Made by a program: the position numbers and the translations under genes. A stretch of 64,000 bases of DNA, from contig OZ241326.1 in NCBI GenBank assembly GCA_965199855.1, positions 224,001 to 288,000 on the forward strand, given 5' to 3'. Below, piece by piece: positions 38,443-50,435 of this stretch. Origin of the DNA: a bacterium. Lineage in GTDB: Bacteria; UBA8248. The notes beneath the pieces are model-generated. The model was not told the DNA's origin. It searched no databases and saw only the letters and a program-made list of their open reading frames with translations. Within the stretch, counting starts at the first letter, position 1. Each line of letters begins with the position of its first letter.

Positions 38443-39663
38443 ATGGAGATCGACCCCCCTCGTCCCCGGCGCGAAGCCCGCGCGGCGCCCCGCATCTCAA
38501 GCGCGGAGCTCAAGGCCGCCGCCCGCGAGCGCGCCCTGGCGCACGGCTTCGACCTCGCCGCCGTCGCCCCGCCCGCCCTCGGCGAGGCGCACGGGCGATA
38601 CCTCGAATGGCTCGAAAAGGGCTTCGCGGGCGAGATGGGCTACCTGGGCAGAAACGCCCGCAAGCGCGGCGACCTGCGCCGCCTCTGGCCGCGGACGCGC
38701 GCGGCGCTCATAGTCGCCATGCGCTACGCGCCGGAGGAGGAGACGCCCCACGCCCCCGGGCGGGGGCGCATCGCGCGCTACGCCCGCGGCGGGGACTACC
38801 ACAAGTTCATGAAGAAGCGGCTGATTCGCGTTCTGCGCGACCTGAAGGCGCTCGACCCGGGCGTCGAGGGCAGAAGCTACGTGGACGCGGGCCCCCTCCT
38901 CGAGCGCGACCTGGCCGTCCTGGCGGGCCTGGGCTGGAAGGGGAAGAACTCGCTCCTGCTCTCGCGCCGGCTGGGGAGCTACTTCTTTCTGGGCGCGCTG
39001 CTCCTGAACCGCGCGCTCGAGGCGGACGCGCCCTTCCTGGAGGATCACTGCGGCACGTGCGCGCGGTGCGTCGAGCAATGCCCGACGAACGCCATCGTCG
39101 CCCCCGGCGTCGTGGACGCGAGGCGCTGCGTCTCCTACCTCACCATCGAGCTGCGGGGGCCGATTCCCCGGGAGCTCCGCCCCCTCATGGGCGCGCACGT
39201 CTTCGGCTGCGACGTCTGCCAGGAGGTCTGCCCCTGGAACGAGGACGCCCCGCGCGCGCGCGAGCCGAGGTTCGCCCCCCGGGAGGCGGCGCGCGACCCG
39301 CGGCTGCGCGGCTTCCTGGAGATGGACGAGGCGGGCTTTCGCCGGGCGTTTCGCGGAACGCCCGTCATGCGCGCGCGCTACGCGGGGTTCTTGCGGAACG
39401 TCCTCGTCGCGCTCGGCAACACCGGCGGGCGAGAGAGCGCCGCGCCCCTGGCGCGCGCCCTCGATCACGGCGAGCCCCTCGCGCGGGGCCACGCCGCGTG
39501 GGCGCTGGGGCGCGTCGGCAAGCGGACGGGGGCCGCGCTCGCGCGCCGCGCCCTGGAGGGCAGGCTCGAGGTGGAGGCGGACGCCTGGGTCCGCGAGGAA
39601 ATCGAGCTGGCGCTCGGCGAATGCGCCCTGCTCTCCCTCCCCGTCCTCGACCGCGGGGCGTGA
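38443..39663 (+). CDS. queG: Epoxyqueuosine reductase
   Basis: IARYARGGDYH, YVDAGPLLER, GLGWKGKN, CGTCARCVEQCPT, FGCDVCQEVCPWN, RNVLVALGN. Confidence 0.95.
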   Translation: MEIDPPRPRREARAAPRISSAELKAAARERALAHGFDLAAVAPPALGEAHGRYLEWLEKGFAGEMGYLGRNARKRGDLRRLWPRTRAALIVAMRYAPEEETPHAPGRGRIARYARGGDYHKFMKKRLIRVLRDLKALDPGVEGRSYVDAGPLLERDLAVLAGLGWKGKNSLLLSRRLGSYFFLGALLLNRALEADAPFLEDHCGTCARCVEQCPTNAIVAPGVVDARRCVSYLTIELRGPIPRELRPLMGAHVFGCDVCQEVCPWNEDAPRAREPRFAPREAARDPRLRGFLEMDEAGFRRAFRGTPVMRARYAGFLRNVLVALGNTGGRESAAPLARALDHGEPLARGHAAWALGRVGKRTGAALARRALEGRLEVEADAWVREEIELALGECALLSLPVLDRGA

Positions 39664-39766
39664 GAGGAGGCGGGGCGCGGCCGTGCGCGGCGGCGGCCGC
39701 CTGTGCTAGGATGAGCGCCCGGCAGGGATGATTCGGAACCCGAGCGAACGCCAACGGGAGCGCGCG

Positions 39767-40570
39767 ATGAACACCGTATCCGTGAACGGAATCGAGATGG
39801 CCTACGAGGAGGCGGGCAGCGGCCCCCCGCTCCTCCTCCTGCACGGCTTCGCGCTGGATCGCGGCATGTGGGCGGCGCAGGCGGAGGCGCTGTCGGGAAA
39901 ATACAGGGTTCTCCGCCCCGACATGCGCGGCATGGGCGAGACGACGCACGACGGCCGCCCCATCACGCTCGAGACGATGGCGGACGACATGGCGGCCTTT
40001 CTCGCCGCCCTCGAAATCGACGCCGCCGCCGTCGCCGGCTTCTCGATGGGCGGCTACGTCCTCCTGCAGATGGCGGTTCGCCACCCGCTCCGGGCGCGCG
40101 CGTGCGGCTTCATCAGCACGCGGGCGGCGGCCGACTCCGAGGAGGGCAAACGGGCGCGCCTCGCGCAGATGCGCGCCGTCATCGACGAGGGGATGGAGCC
40201 CTTCGCCGCCCGTTTCCTGCCGCAACTGTTCTCGCCCGGCTACGCCGCCGCCCACCCGCAGGAGGCGGAGGCCGTCCGGAGCGTCGTCGCCGGCCAGACC
40301 CCCGGCCATATCGCCTCGCTCATCGACGCCAACCGGAGGCGCGAGGACATGACGCCGCGCCTGGGGGATATCTCCTCCCCCTGCCTGGTGTTCGGCGGAA
40401 CGGGCGACGCGCTGGTGCCGCCCGCGCAGATGGAAGCCCTCCGCGAGGGCCTGGGCGATCCCGCCTACGAGATGGTCGAGGGCGCGGGCCACATGACGCC
40501 GCTCGAATGCGCGGAGCGCGTGAACTTCCGGCTCGATCAGCTCCTCCAGCGCGCGGGCATGTGGATGTAG
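39767..40570 (+). CDS. Alpha/beta fold hydrolase
   Basis: LLLHGF, PDMRGMG, GFSMGG, AGHM. Confidence 0.9.
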   Translation: MNTVSVNGIEMAYEEAGSGPPLLLLHGFALDRGMWAAQAEALSGKYRVLRPDMRGMGETTHDGRPITLETMADDMAAFLAALEIDAAAVAGFSMGGYVLLQMAVRHPLRARACGFISTRAAADSEEGKRARLAQMRAVIDEGMEPFAARFLPQLFSPGYAAAHPQEAEAVRSVVAGQTPGHIASLIDANRRREDMTPRLGDISSPCLVFGGTGDALVPPAQMEALREGLGDPAYEMVEGAGHMTPLECAERVNFRLDQLLQRAGMWM

Positions 40571-40670
40571 GCGCGCGCAGGCCCCGACCGGAAAACGGAG
40601 GCGCGCCGGGCCTGCGGGAAGCGCGGCTCTCCGCCCCGGGGCTTTTTCGGATTCCGCGCGGGGCGGGGCT

Positions 40671-41447
40671 TCACCCCTTCCAGAAAACCCTCTCTCTCAG
40701 CCAGTCGATTCGCCCGGCGGGGGCGGCGAGGACGGGTTCGGGCGTCTCGCGCCCGTCGGCCAGGGCGGCGTAGTCCACGCGCGCCCCCGAGAGGTAGCCC
40801 ACCGCGCCGCCCGCGCGCTCAAGGACGAGGCCGGCCGCGGCGAAGTCGTAGGCGCGCAGAGGCTCCATCAGGACGCCGAAGGCCGCCCCCGCCGCCGCGA
40901 AGCACAGATGGCAGGCGGCCGAGGCCAGCGCGAGGAAGCGCCCCGGGTAGGCGTGCGAGAGTCCCGCCGCCTCCCCGCAGGGGACGAAGAGGTAGTCGTG
41001 CGGGGCGGGCGCGCCCTGGGCGACGCGCGGCAGCGGCCTCCCGTTGCGGGTCGCGGCGCCATCGGCCGCGGCCGTGAAGGTCTCGCCCAGGGCGGGCATG
41101 TGCACCACCCCCGCCTCGGCGCGGCCGCCCCGCAGGCAGGCGATGGAAACCGCCCAGAAGGGCAGGCCCTTGAGATAGGGCCCGGTGCCGTCGATGGGGT
41201 CTATCGCCCACCAGCGGACGCCCGCGCCGAGCCCGCGCGTCCCGCGCGCCCCGCTTTCCTCCGCCAGGACGGGATCGTCCGGAAACGCGGCGCGAATCTC
41301 CGCGAGGATGAGCGCCTCCGCCTCCCGGTCGGCGCGCGAGACGACGCTCCGCCCCTTGGGTTCGCTCGCCACGCGGCCGGAGAGCGCCTGCGCCCGCGCG
41401 CCCGCCGCCCGCGCCGTCTTCTCCATGAACGCGATGAGGTCGGACAC
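40671..41447 (-). CDS. Inositol monophosphatase family protein
   Basis: AEE, WAIDPIDGT, YDFAAA..VLERAGG. Confidence 0.9.
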   Translation of the reverse strand: MSDLIAFMEKTARAAGARAQALSGRVASEPKGRSVVSRADREAEALILAEIRAAFPDDPVLAEESGARGTRGLGAGVRWWAIDPIDGTGPYLKGLPFWAVSIACLRGGRAEAGVVHMPALGETFTAAADGAATRNGRPLPRVAQGAPAPHDYLFVPCGEAAGLSHAYPGRFLALASAACHLCFAAAGAAFGVLMEPLRAYDFAAAGLVLERAGGAVGYLSGARVDYAALADGRETPEPVLAAPAGRIDWLRERVFWKG

Positions 41448-41536
41448 CCGCCCCCCCTTTCGTCTGACGCTTCGCCCCCCGCGCCATGATGGAGAACGCG
41501 CCGGGGCATGGCAAGGCGCGCCGGCGAGGCGCGAAC

Positions 41537-42560
41537 ATCCCGCAGGGGTCGTTCGGGAACGCCCCGCCCCGCCAACCAAACGGATATTCGCCGGGTTGTC
41601 GGCCCATGCCTTCAAAACGGGCGGTTCACGAATTGTGGGGCGGCCTCGGGGAGGCACCGCCCCTGCGAAACCATTGAACCCCTCACGGGCCGTAAAACGC
41701 CCCGCCTCGCATCCCCGCCGATCGCCGGGCGGGACGCATGAATGCGTCCCCTACAAAGGAAAAATCACCACCCGCCCGTAGGGGGCATCCCCGGCCGTCA
41801 TTCCGGCGAAGGCCGGAATCCAGGGTTTTGATTGTCTTCCTGAAAACGGGCGGTTCACGAACCGCCCCTACGAAACCGTTGCCGTCCCGCCGGAATCGAT
41901 CGCGCATTTGCCCGCATTTGCGGTTATGGGGCTTTCCCCTGAACGCGCGAGAATCCGCCAGCGAGAGGGAGGAGGCGAACGCATGGACTTCGGAATACGA
42001 ATGATGACGAAGGCGAGGGCGTGGGTCAGGGCGTTTGTCGCCCCGCGCCGTTCCCGCGTCATCAATTCCGATGAGAAGGAAGGATTGCGGAATCCGTCAT
42101 TTTCCCGTCGGCCCCGGATTGCGGGTTCCGCAGGCGCGACGCGCGCGCTCCGTTCGCGCCATGATGAAAACGATCCCGTTTTCGACAAAATCCGACAAAT
42201 TCACGCCTTTATCCCGCAAATTCACGCCTTTTTTCGACAAATTCAAGACCCTTCGGAGCGCGGAAAAAATATCAAATCATTGAAAATAAACGGATTATGC
42301 GAAAAAGCGGCGCCGGGAGGGGGTATTTCGCAAGGCCGCGGCATCTGCCCGCATCTGCGCGCATCCGCGCCGCCCCGGCGGGAGCGTAGGGACAGCCCCC
42401 TTGTGGTTGCCCTTCGCCGCCTCCTCGTCCCGCCGAGGCCCAAAAATCCCGCAGGAGTCGTTCGGGAACGCCCCGCCGTCTACGGATGCGAACCCTTCCC
42501 CAAAACGGGCGGCTCGCGAGCCGCCCCTACGAAGGCGAATCGCGTCCGCCCTCTACGAAC
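41537..42560. repeat. ~1-kb non-coding composite REP cluster
   Basis: ATCCCGCAGG.GTCGTTCGGGAACGCCCCGCC at ~41537 and ~42446; GGGACGCATGAATGCGTCCCCTAC 41731; CGTCATTCCGGCGAAGGCCGGAATCCAG ~41796; AAACGGGCGGTTCACGAACCGCCCCTAC ~41844; GTAGGGACAGCC..GGTTGCCCT 42386; GGGCGGCTCGCGAGCCGCCCCTAC 42507. Confidence 0.88.
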
Positions 42561-42597
42561 GCGGCGCGGGGCGATCGGGGGTCGGACGCCTCCCGGC

Positions 42598-43374
42598 TCA
42601 TCGCCCCTTCCATTCGGGCTTTCGCTTCTCCAGAAAGGCGCGCAGCCCCTCCGCCTTGTCCTCGGTCTCGCAGAGCGCGCCCTGGGCGAACTTCTCGAGC
42701 GCCAGGCCCGCCGTCATGCTCCCCTCCATCCCGAAGTGCACCATGGCCTTCATGAACTGCGGGACGAAGGGCGCGTAGCCCGCCAGCTTCCGGGCCATGC
42801 GCCTTACGGTCGGCAGGAGGTCGTCGGCTTCCACCAGCCGGGTGACGAGGCCGATTTCCAGGGCGCGCTCCGCCCCGATGACCTCGCCCATCAGCAGCAT
42901 CTCCATCGCCCAGGCGCGCCCGACGAGGCGGGGCAGGCGCTGGGTGGCGCCGCCGCCCGGGATGATGCCGATGCGCCCCTCCGGCGTGGCGAATTTCGAG
43001 GCCGGCGTGGCGATTCGCAGATCGCAGCCGAGCGCCACCTCCAGGCCGCCGCCCATGCAGTAGCCGTTGATGGCCGCGATCGTCGCCTTGGGCGTTCTTT
43101 CCAGCCGCTCCGCCACCCCCTGCACCAGCGGGGTGAGCGCGAGGGCGAGATCGCGATGCTCGACCTCCTCCAGGTCCGAGCCCGAGGCGAAGGCGCTCTC
43201 GCCCGCTCCGGTGATGGCGATGGCGCGGACGGCCTCATCCCCGGCGGCTTCGGCGATGGCGGCGTGGAGGTCGTCCAGCGTGGCGAGGGATATGGCGTTG
43301 TGCCGCTCGGGGCGGTTGATGGTGATGAGAGCCAGGGGCCCCTCCGTCTCATACAGCGCGTTCTCGTATGGCAT
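42598..43374 (-). CDS. Enoyl-CoA hydratase/isomerase
   Basis: INRPERHNAI, AFASGSDL, GGGLEVALGCD, PEGRIGIIPGGGATQRL. Confidence 0.93.
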   Translation of the reverse strand: MPYENALYETEGPLALITINRPERHNAISLATLDDLHAAIAEAAGDEAVRAIAITGAGESAFASGSDLEEVEHRDLALALTPLVQGVAERLERTPKATIAAINGYCMGGGLEVALGCDLRIATPASKFATPEGRIGIIPGGGATQRLPRLVGRAWAMEMLLMGEVIGAERALEIGLVTRLVEADDLLPTVRRMARKLAGYAPFVPQFMKAMVHFGMEGSMTAGLALEKFAQGALCETEDKAEGLRAFLEKRKPEWKGR

Positions 43375-43409
43375 GGCCGTTCTTTCTCTCTCGCGGCGGG
43401 CGACCGAAG

Positions 43410-44402
43410 CTAGGCGCTCCTCACGACCCGGTTCTTCAGGACGCCGATTCCCTCGATTTCGAGCTCCACCACGTCGCCGGGGCGCAGCCACCGGTCGAGG
43501 TCCGCCCCGCAGCCCGCGGCGACGGTGCCCGAGCCGAACATCTCGCCCGGGAGGAGCTCCTCCTCCATCGAGGCGTACTCGATCATCCCCTCCCAGGAAT
43601 GGTAGGCGTCGCCCGCGTTGCCCCGGCTCCACTCCTCGCCGTTGACGCGGGCCGTCATCACCGCGTCGGCGGGGTCGAACTCGTCCGGCGTGACGATGCA
43701 GGGCCCCACCGCCGTGCCGAAGTCCTTGCCCTTGTGCGGCCCCAGCCAGTTCCTCATCTCCCGCATCTGGATGTCGCGCGCGCTGAAGTCGTTGAGCGCG
43801 CTGAAGCCGAAGACGTGCGCCATCGCGTCCTCTCGGCGGATGTCCCTGCCGCGCTTTCCGATGAACATGGCGAGCTCCAGCTCGTAGTCCAGCTTTTCGG
43901 TGTAGCGCGGCCATTCGAGCTCGTCTTCGGGGCCGATGACGCTCAGGCGGTTTCCCTTGTAGCAGGAGGGCAGCTCATACCAGACGGGGTCGATGGAGAC
44001 GCCGCGCCGCCGCGCGCCGGCGGCCTTGTGGCCTTCGTGGATCAGAAAGTCGCGGAACGAGACGGGACGAGGCGCCGGGGCGCGCAGACGCGCCTCCCCG
44101 AGCGGAAAGGCGAGCCGCTCGCCCCCCGGCCCGCGCCTGCCGGGGTCGGCCAGGATGAACGCCTGCGCCGCCCGCGCGGCCTCCAGGGAGGGCGCGCCGC
44201 CCGCCATGAGCTCGCACATGTCCTGGGGAAGCCTGAAGTCGGCGTATTCCCGAAAGCGGGGCTCCCGCCCCTCCTCCCGAAGGAGGGCGGCGTAGCCGTG
44301 GGCCAGGTCGAGCGCGACCTCCCGCTCCCCGTCCCGCGCCAGCGCGCCAGCGCGCGAGACGGGGCCCAGAGGGGTGGCGACCTCAAAGGTGATGAATTTC
44401 AT
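43410..44402 (-). CDS. Fumarylacetoacetate hydrolase family protein
   Basis: RDF...EGH, YKGN, LDYELE, NDFSARDIQ, KGKDF, GSGT. Confidence 0.92.
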   Translation of the reverse strand: MKFITFEVATPLGPVSRAGALARDGEREVALDLAHGYAALLREEGREPRFREYADFRLPQDMCELMAGGAPSLEAARAAQAFILADPGRRGPGGERLAFPLGEARLRAPAPRPVSFRDFLIHEGHKAAGARRRGVSIDPVWYELPSCYKGNRLSVIGPEDELEWPRYTEKLDYELELAMFIGKRGRDIRREDAMAHVFGFSALNDFSARDIQMREMRNWLGPHKGKDFGTAVGPCIVTPDEFDPADAVMTARVNGEEWSRGNAGDAYHSWEGMIEYASMEEELLPGEMFGSGTVAAGCGADLDRWLRPGDVVELEIEGIGVLKNRVVRSA

Positions 44403-44560
44403 TGTCCCGTTCCTCGGGCGCGGCCGGCGGCGCGGAATGCGGCGGGCCTCCACCCTTCGGAAAAATAGCACGATTTCCCCCGCGCGGGCAGGCGCTTCTC
44501 CCGGAGCCTCCCGGCCGGGGAGCGGGAATCCCGAAAGCCGCAAAAGATTTCCTGAAGGTC

Positions 44561-44589
44561 TTGACTTCGGCTATGGGTGCGGGTAGATT
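44561..44589 (+). promoter_or_regulatory. sigma70-like promoter of atp operon
   Basis: TTGACT-N17-TAGATT. Confidence 0.6.
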
Positions 44590-44712
44590 CAGGCGGTTTT
44601 CGGGCGGGGCGGCGGCCTCCCCGGAAAACGAGCGAATTCATAAGCCATTCCCCAACGGTTTTCGTGGAAGCGCCTGAACCTTTCGGGGGCGGGCTTATGC
44701 CCGACGCGGGAC

Positions 44713-45309
44713 ATGACGAAAGAGGAAGCGATGCCCCGGTTTTTTCGCCTCAAGCGATTCGCGCCCGCCTCGGCGCTGGCTCTCGCCGTCCTCGCCGCTC
44801 CGGCGGCGTCCTGGGCGGCGAGCGCCCCCCAAAGCGGCTTCGGGGCGTGGCTTTCGGGCTTCAACCTCGGCAGCGGGGCGCTCATCATCAACCCGGTCGT
44901 CATCGCCGTGCAGTGGGCCAACTTCCTGATTCTCCTCCTCATCCTGAACAGGATTCTCATCAAGCCCCTGATGGGCCTCATGGAATCGCGCGACGCGGAG
45001 ATAGCGGGCGACGTCGAGGCCGCCGGGCGGGACAGGAGCGAGGCGGCGGGCTACGTCAGCCAGTATGAGGATTCGCTGGCGGAAATCCGGCGGGAGAACA
45101 CCGAGGCCCTCATCGCCCTCCAGCAGGAGACGGCGGAGACGACCCGCCTGCGCCTGGACGGGATTCGGGAGAGAACGGGCCGCGAGCTGCAGGAAACGCG
45201 CGAGTCCATCGCGGCGCAGGCGCGGGCGGCGGCGGCCGATCTCGAGGAGAGCGCCGGCCGCCTGGCGAGCGAAATCGCCAGCAAGCTCGCGGGCCGCGGC
45301 ATCGGATAA
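44713..45309 (+). CDS. ATP synthase F0 subunit b'
   Basis: QWANFLILLLILNRILIKPL..RD TM segment plus coiled coil; first gene of the atp operon. Start uncertain. Confidence 0.88.
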   Translation: MTKEEAMPRFFRLKRFAPASALALAVLAAPAASWAASAPQSGFGAWLSGFNLGSGALIINPVVIAVQWANFLILLLILNRILIKPLMGLMESRDAEIAGDVEAAGRDRSEAAGYVSQYEDSLAEIRRENTEALIALQQETAETTRLRLDGIRERTGRELQETRESIAAQARAAAADLEESAGRLASEIASKLAGRGIG

Positions 45310-45324
45310 GGGACGGCGGAAATC

Positions 45325-45918
45325 GTGCTTTCAGCGAAATGGCGCCGGCTTCTTCCGGGGCTTGCGCTCGCGGCGGCGCTCCTGCCGCCGGAGTGCGCTC
45401 TGGCCGCGGCGGCCCACCACAAGGCGTTCAGCCTCACCGAGGAGCTCTTCAAGCTCGTCAACACGCTCGTCGTCGCGGGCATTCTCTACAAATTCGCGTT
45501 CCACCCCATCAAAAACTTCCTGAAGGACAGACGCGAGGGGGTTCGCAGGGCGCTCGAGGAGGCCAGGGCGGGGCGCGAGGCGGCGGAGAAGGAGCTCGCC
45601 GAGCAGAGGGAGAAGGTGGCCGACCTGGAGGCCGAGCTCGATCGCGTCCGCGAGCGGGGCGAAAGCGAGCGCGCCGCGATGCGGGAGAAGCTCGAGGAGG
45701 AGCGGGAAAGCCAGGTGAGCCGCCTGCTGGAGCAGACGAGATCGACCATCCAGCTGGAAGCCTCCCGCGCGAGCGCGGAGCTTCGGAGCCGCGCGGCGGA
45801 GCTGGCGCTGGGTCTCGCCGAGGAGATGCTCAAAAAAGAGCTGGGAGAGGCGGATCAGGAAAGGTTCGTCGAGAACTACCTCGCCGGACTCGACAAGAGG
45901 AACGGAGGCGCGCCGTGA
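45325..45918 (+). CDS. atpF: ATP synthase F0 subunit b
   Basis: TM (KLVNTLVVAGILYKF..PIK.FL..RR) plus coiled coil. Confidence 0.88.
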   Translation: MLSAKWRRLLPGLALAAALLPPECALAAAAHHKAFSLTEELFKLVNTLVVAGILYKFAFHPIKNFLKDRREGVRRALEEARAGREAAEKELAEQREKVADLEAELDRVRERGESERAAMREKLEEERESQVSRLLEQTRSTIQLEASRASAELRSRAAELALGLAEEMLKKELGEADQERFVENYLAGLDKRNGGAP

Positions 45919-46457
45919 CGGGCGGCGAGGCGGCGCACCGCTACGCGCGGGCATTGGTGGAAATCGCCGAGAAGCGCGGCGTCCTGGACGAGACCGGAGA
46001 GGCACTGGCCGAGGCCGCGGCCGAACTGCGGGACAGCCGCGAACTGCGGAGCGTCCTGCTCAACCCGCGCTTCGCGCGAAGCGCGCGGGTGAGGATGCTC
46101 GAGGAGATCATGGCCGCGTCGGGCGCGAGCGAGCTGCTCCGCAGCTTCGTGCGCGTGGTCGCCGAGAAGGATCGCGTCGGCGAGCTCTCCGCCATGGCGC
46201 GGAGCTATCAACAGCTGGCGGACGAGAGGCGCGGCCGCGTTCGCGCCCGCGTGAGCGCGGCGCGCGACCTGGGCGCCGACGCCTTGGAGAAGCTGCGCGA
46301 GAAGCTCTCCGCGATGACGGGCAGCGAGGTGCTCATCGAGGTGGAGAGGGATGAAAAACTGATTGGCGGGCTGGTCTGCCGCCTGGGCGGCGTCGTCATG
46401 GACGGCAGCATCAGCAACCAGCTCCGCGGCCTGCGGAGGACGCTGCTTGCGGATTGA
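45915..46457 (+). CDS. atpH: ATP synthase F1 subunit delta
   Basis: A.RYARAL, LIGG, DGSI..QL; GTGA overlap, GGAGG RBS. Confidence 0.93.
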   Translation: MTGGEAAHRYARALVEIAEKRGVLDETGEALAEAAAELRDSRELRSVLLNPRFARSARVRMLEEIMAASGASELLRSFVRVVAEKDRVGELSAMARSYQQLADERRGRVRARVSAARDLGADALEKLREKLSAMTGSEVLIEVERDEKLIGGLVCRLGGVVMDGSISNQLRGLRRTLLAD

Positions 46458-46498
46458 CGCTCCTTCGGGAGCCGGCTGAAGGATCAAGGGGACAATTC

Positions 46499-48037
46499 AT
46501 GCAGATTCGCGCCGAAGAAATCAGCCAGATCATCCAGAAGCAAATCGAGGGCTTCGACGCCTCGGTCGAACTCGCCGAAACGGGCACGGTCATCTCGGTG
46601 GGCGACGGCATCGCCCGCGTCTATGGCCTGGAGAAGTGCATGGCGGGCGAGCTGCTGGCCTTCCCCGGCGACCTGTACGGGATGGCGCTCAACCTGGAGA
46701 CCGACAACGTCGGCGCCGTGCTCCTGGGCGACGACCGCGCCATCCGGGAGGGCGACGAAGTCAGGCGCACGGGCCGCATCGTTGAGGTGCCGGTCGGCAA
46801 GGCGATGGCCGGCCGCGTCGTGAACGCGCTGGGCCAGCCCATCGACGGGAAGGGGCCCATCGAGACCGAGGACTCGCGGAACCTGGAGGTCATCGCCCCC
46901 GGGGTGGTGGATCGCCAGCCCGTGAAGGAGCCCCTCCAGACCGGGATCAAGGCGATTGACGGCATGGTGCCGATCGGGCGCGGCCAGCGCGAGCTCATCA
47001 TCGGCGACCGGCAGACCGGCAAGACCGCCATCGCCATCGACGCCATCATCAACCAGAAGAACACCGACGTATACTGCATCTACGTCTGCACCGGCCAGAA
47101 GCGCTCCACGCTCGCCCAGGTGGTGGGCACCCTCGAGGAATACGGCGCAATGGACTACACCGTCGTCGTGGCGGCCACGGCGTCCGACCCCGCGCCCCTG
47201 CAATACATCTCACCCTACGCGGGATGCGCCGTCGGCGAGTATTTCCGCGACAACGGAATGCACGCGCTGATCATCTACGACGACCTCTCGAAGCAGGCGG
47301 CCGCCTACCGCCAGCTTTCCCTGATGCTCCGGCGCCCGCCGGGCCGAGAGGCGTATCCCGGCGACGTGTTCTACCTGCACTCCCGCCTGCTGGAGCGCGC
47401 GGCCAAGCTCGGCGACGGGCTGGGCGGCGGCTCGCTTACGGCGCTCCCCATCATCGAGACGCAGGCGGGCGACGTGTCCGCCTACATCCCGACGAACGTG
47501 ATCTCCATCACCGACGGGCAGATTTATCTCGAATCCGCCCTGTTTCACTCGGGCATCCGCCCGGCCATCAACGTGGGCCTCTCCGTCTCCCGCGTGGGCG
47601 GGGCGGCGCAGAACAAGGCCATGAAGAAGGTCGCCGGCACCCTGCGCCTCGATCTGGCGCAGTATCGGGAGATGGCGGCGTTCGCGCAGTTCGGCTCGGA
47701 GCTCGACGCGGCCACCCAGGCGCAGCTCGCCCGGGGTTCCCGCCTCACGGAGCTGCTCAAGCAGCCGCAGTACGCGCCCGAGGTGGTGCATCGCCAGATC
47801 ATGTCGATCTTCCTGGGCACGCAGGGGTATCTGGACGGCGTGGACATCGACGACATTCAGAAGGTGAACGGCGATTTTCTCGCCTTCATGGAGACGAGCC
47901 GCGCGCAGCTGGTGAGCGATCTGGCGGAGAAGCGCGAGCTGACCGACGAGATCACCGAGGGGCTGCGCGCCGCGTGCGAAGAATTCGTGAAAACGCTCAA
48001 GGCGGCCGAGCCGGCGGCCGCCGCCCCGGCCGAATAG
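46499..48037 (+). CDS. atpA: ATP synthase F1 subunit alpha
   Basis: [31 protein letters not shown]. Confidence 0.98.
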   Translation: MQIRAEEISQIIQKQIEGFDASVELAETGTVISVGDGIARVYGLEKCMAGELLAFPGDLYGMALNLETDNVGAVLLGDDRAIREGDEVRRTGRIVEVPVGKAMAGRVVNALGQPIDGKGPIETEDSRNLEVIAPGVVDRQPVKEPLQTGIKAIDGMVPIGRGQRELIIGDRQTGKTAIAIDAIINQKNTDVYCIYVCTGQKRSTLAQVVGTLEEYGAMDYTVVVAATASDPAPLQYISPYAGCAVGEYFRDNGMHALIIYDDLSKQAAAYRQLSLMLRRPPGREAYPGDVFYLHSRLLERAAKLGDGLGGGSLTALPIIETQAGDVSAYIPTNVISITDGQIYLESALFHSGIRPAINVGLSVSRVGGAAQNKAMKKVAGTLRLDLAQYREMAAFAQFGSELDAATQAQLARGSRLTELLKQPQYAPEVVHRQIMSIFLGTQGYLDGVDIDDIQKVNGDFLAFMETSRAQLVSDLAEKRELTDEITEGLRAACEEFVKTLKAAEPAAAAPAE

Positions 48038-48044
48038 GTGGAGC

Positions 48045-48926
48045 ATGGCGTCAACCAGGGACTTCAAGCGCCGCATACGCAGCGTCAAGAATACCCAGCA
48101 AATCACGCGGGCGATGAAGCTCGTGGCGGCCTCCAAGGTGCGCCGCGCGCAGGAGCGCATCGAAAGCGCCAGGCCCTACAGCGAGAAGATAGAGGAGCTG
48201 GTGAACTCCCTCGCCGCCAAGGCGCCGCCGGACGTCCACCCTCTTCTGCGCGACGACATGAAGGACGCGAGGGCGCTCCTGCTCGTCATCACCTCGGACA
48301 AGGGTCTCTGCGGGGGATACAACACCAACCTGCTTCGCCGGGCGCTCCAGTTTCTCAGGGAGCGCGAGGACGCGGGCAAGGAGACCGGAATCGCCGTCGT
48401 CGGGCGCAAGGGCCGCGATTTCCTGACGCGCCGGGGCTTCGGGTTCAAGGAGCAGTTCACCGACGTCTACGGGAAAATCGACTTCTCCCTGGCGGCGCGG
48501 CTGACCGAGGTCATGACCGGGGCGTATCTCGAAGAGGGCTTCGATGAGGTCCACGTCCTCACTACGGAGTTTCGCACCATCCTGAGCCAGCGCCCGAGGC
48601 TCTCCCGTCTTCTGCCCCTGGCGCCTTCGGCGCCCGACGCCGTGGACGCGCGGGGCGAGCCCGTGACGGCCGAGCATCTTTACGAGCCCTCCATGCAGGG
48701 CGTGCTCGACGCGATTCTGCCGCGGCACGTGACGGTGCAGACATACAGGTCGCTTCTCGACGCGGAAGCGAGCGAGTTCGGCGCCCGCATGACGGCGATG
48801 GACAACGCCTCCCGAAACGCGGAGGAGATGATCGGGACGCTCACTTTGCAGATGAACCGCGTGCGCCAGGCGTCGATCACCACGGAGCTGCTCGAGGTGG
48901 TGGCCGGAGCTGACGCGCTCTCCTGA
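48045..48926 (+). CDS. atpG: ATP synthase F1 subunit gamma
   Basis: ITRAMKLVAASK, DKGLCGG, SEFGARMTAM, RQASITTELLE. Confidence 0.98.
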   Translation: MASTRDFKRRIRSVKNTQQITRAMKLVAASKVRRAQERIESARPYSEKIEELVNSLAAKAPPDVHPLLRDDMKDARALLLVITSDKGLCGGYNTNLLRRALQFLREREDAGKETGIAVVGRKGRDFLTRRGFGFKEQFTDVYGKIDFSLAARLTEVMTGAYLEEGFDEVHVLTTEFRTILSQRPRLSRLLPLAPSAPDAVDARGEPVTAEHLYEPSMQGVLDAILPRHVTVQTYRSLLDAEASEFGARMTAMDNASRNAEEMIGTLTLQMNRVRQASITTELLEVVAGADALS

Positions 48927-48956
48927 AGGATTCGGGAGCGAAAAAATCATCCCTGA

Positions 48957-50432
<1,476 letters not shown>

Positions 50433-50435
50433 GGA

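Noticed and set aside
42196-42298. Chromosomal oriC
   Set aside because: No good DnaA boxes (TTATCCCGC is a poor match) and no dnaA/parAB/gidA nearby.
41908-43413. 501-aa + strand ORF across the REP cluster
   Set aside because: No domain motifs, antisense to the enoyl-CoA hydratase, and it runs through repeats.
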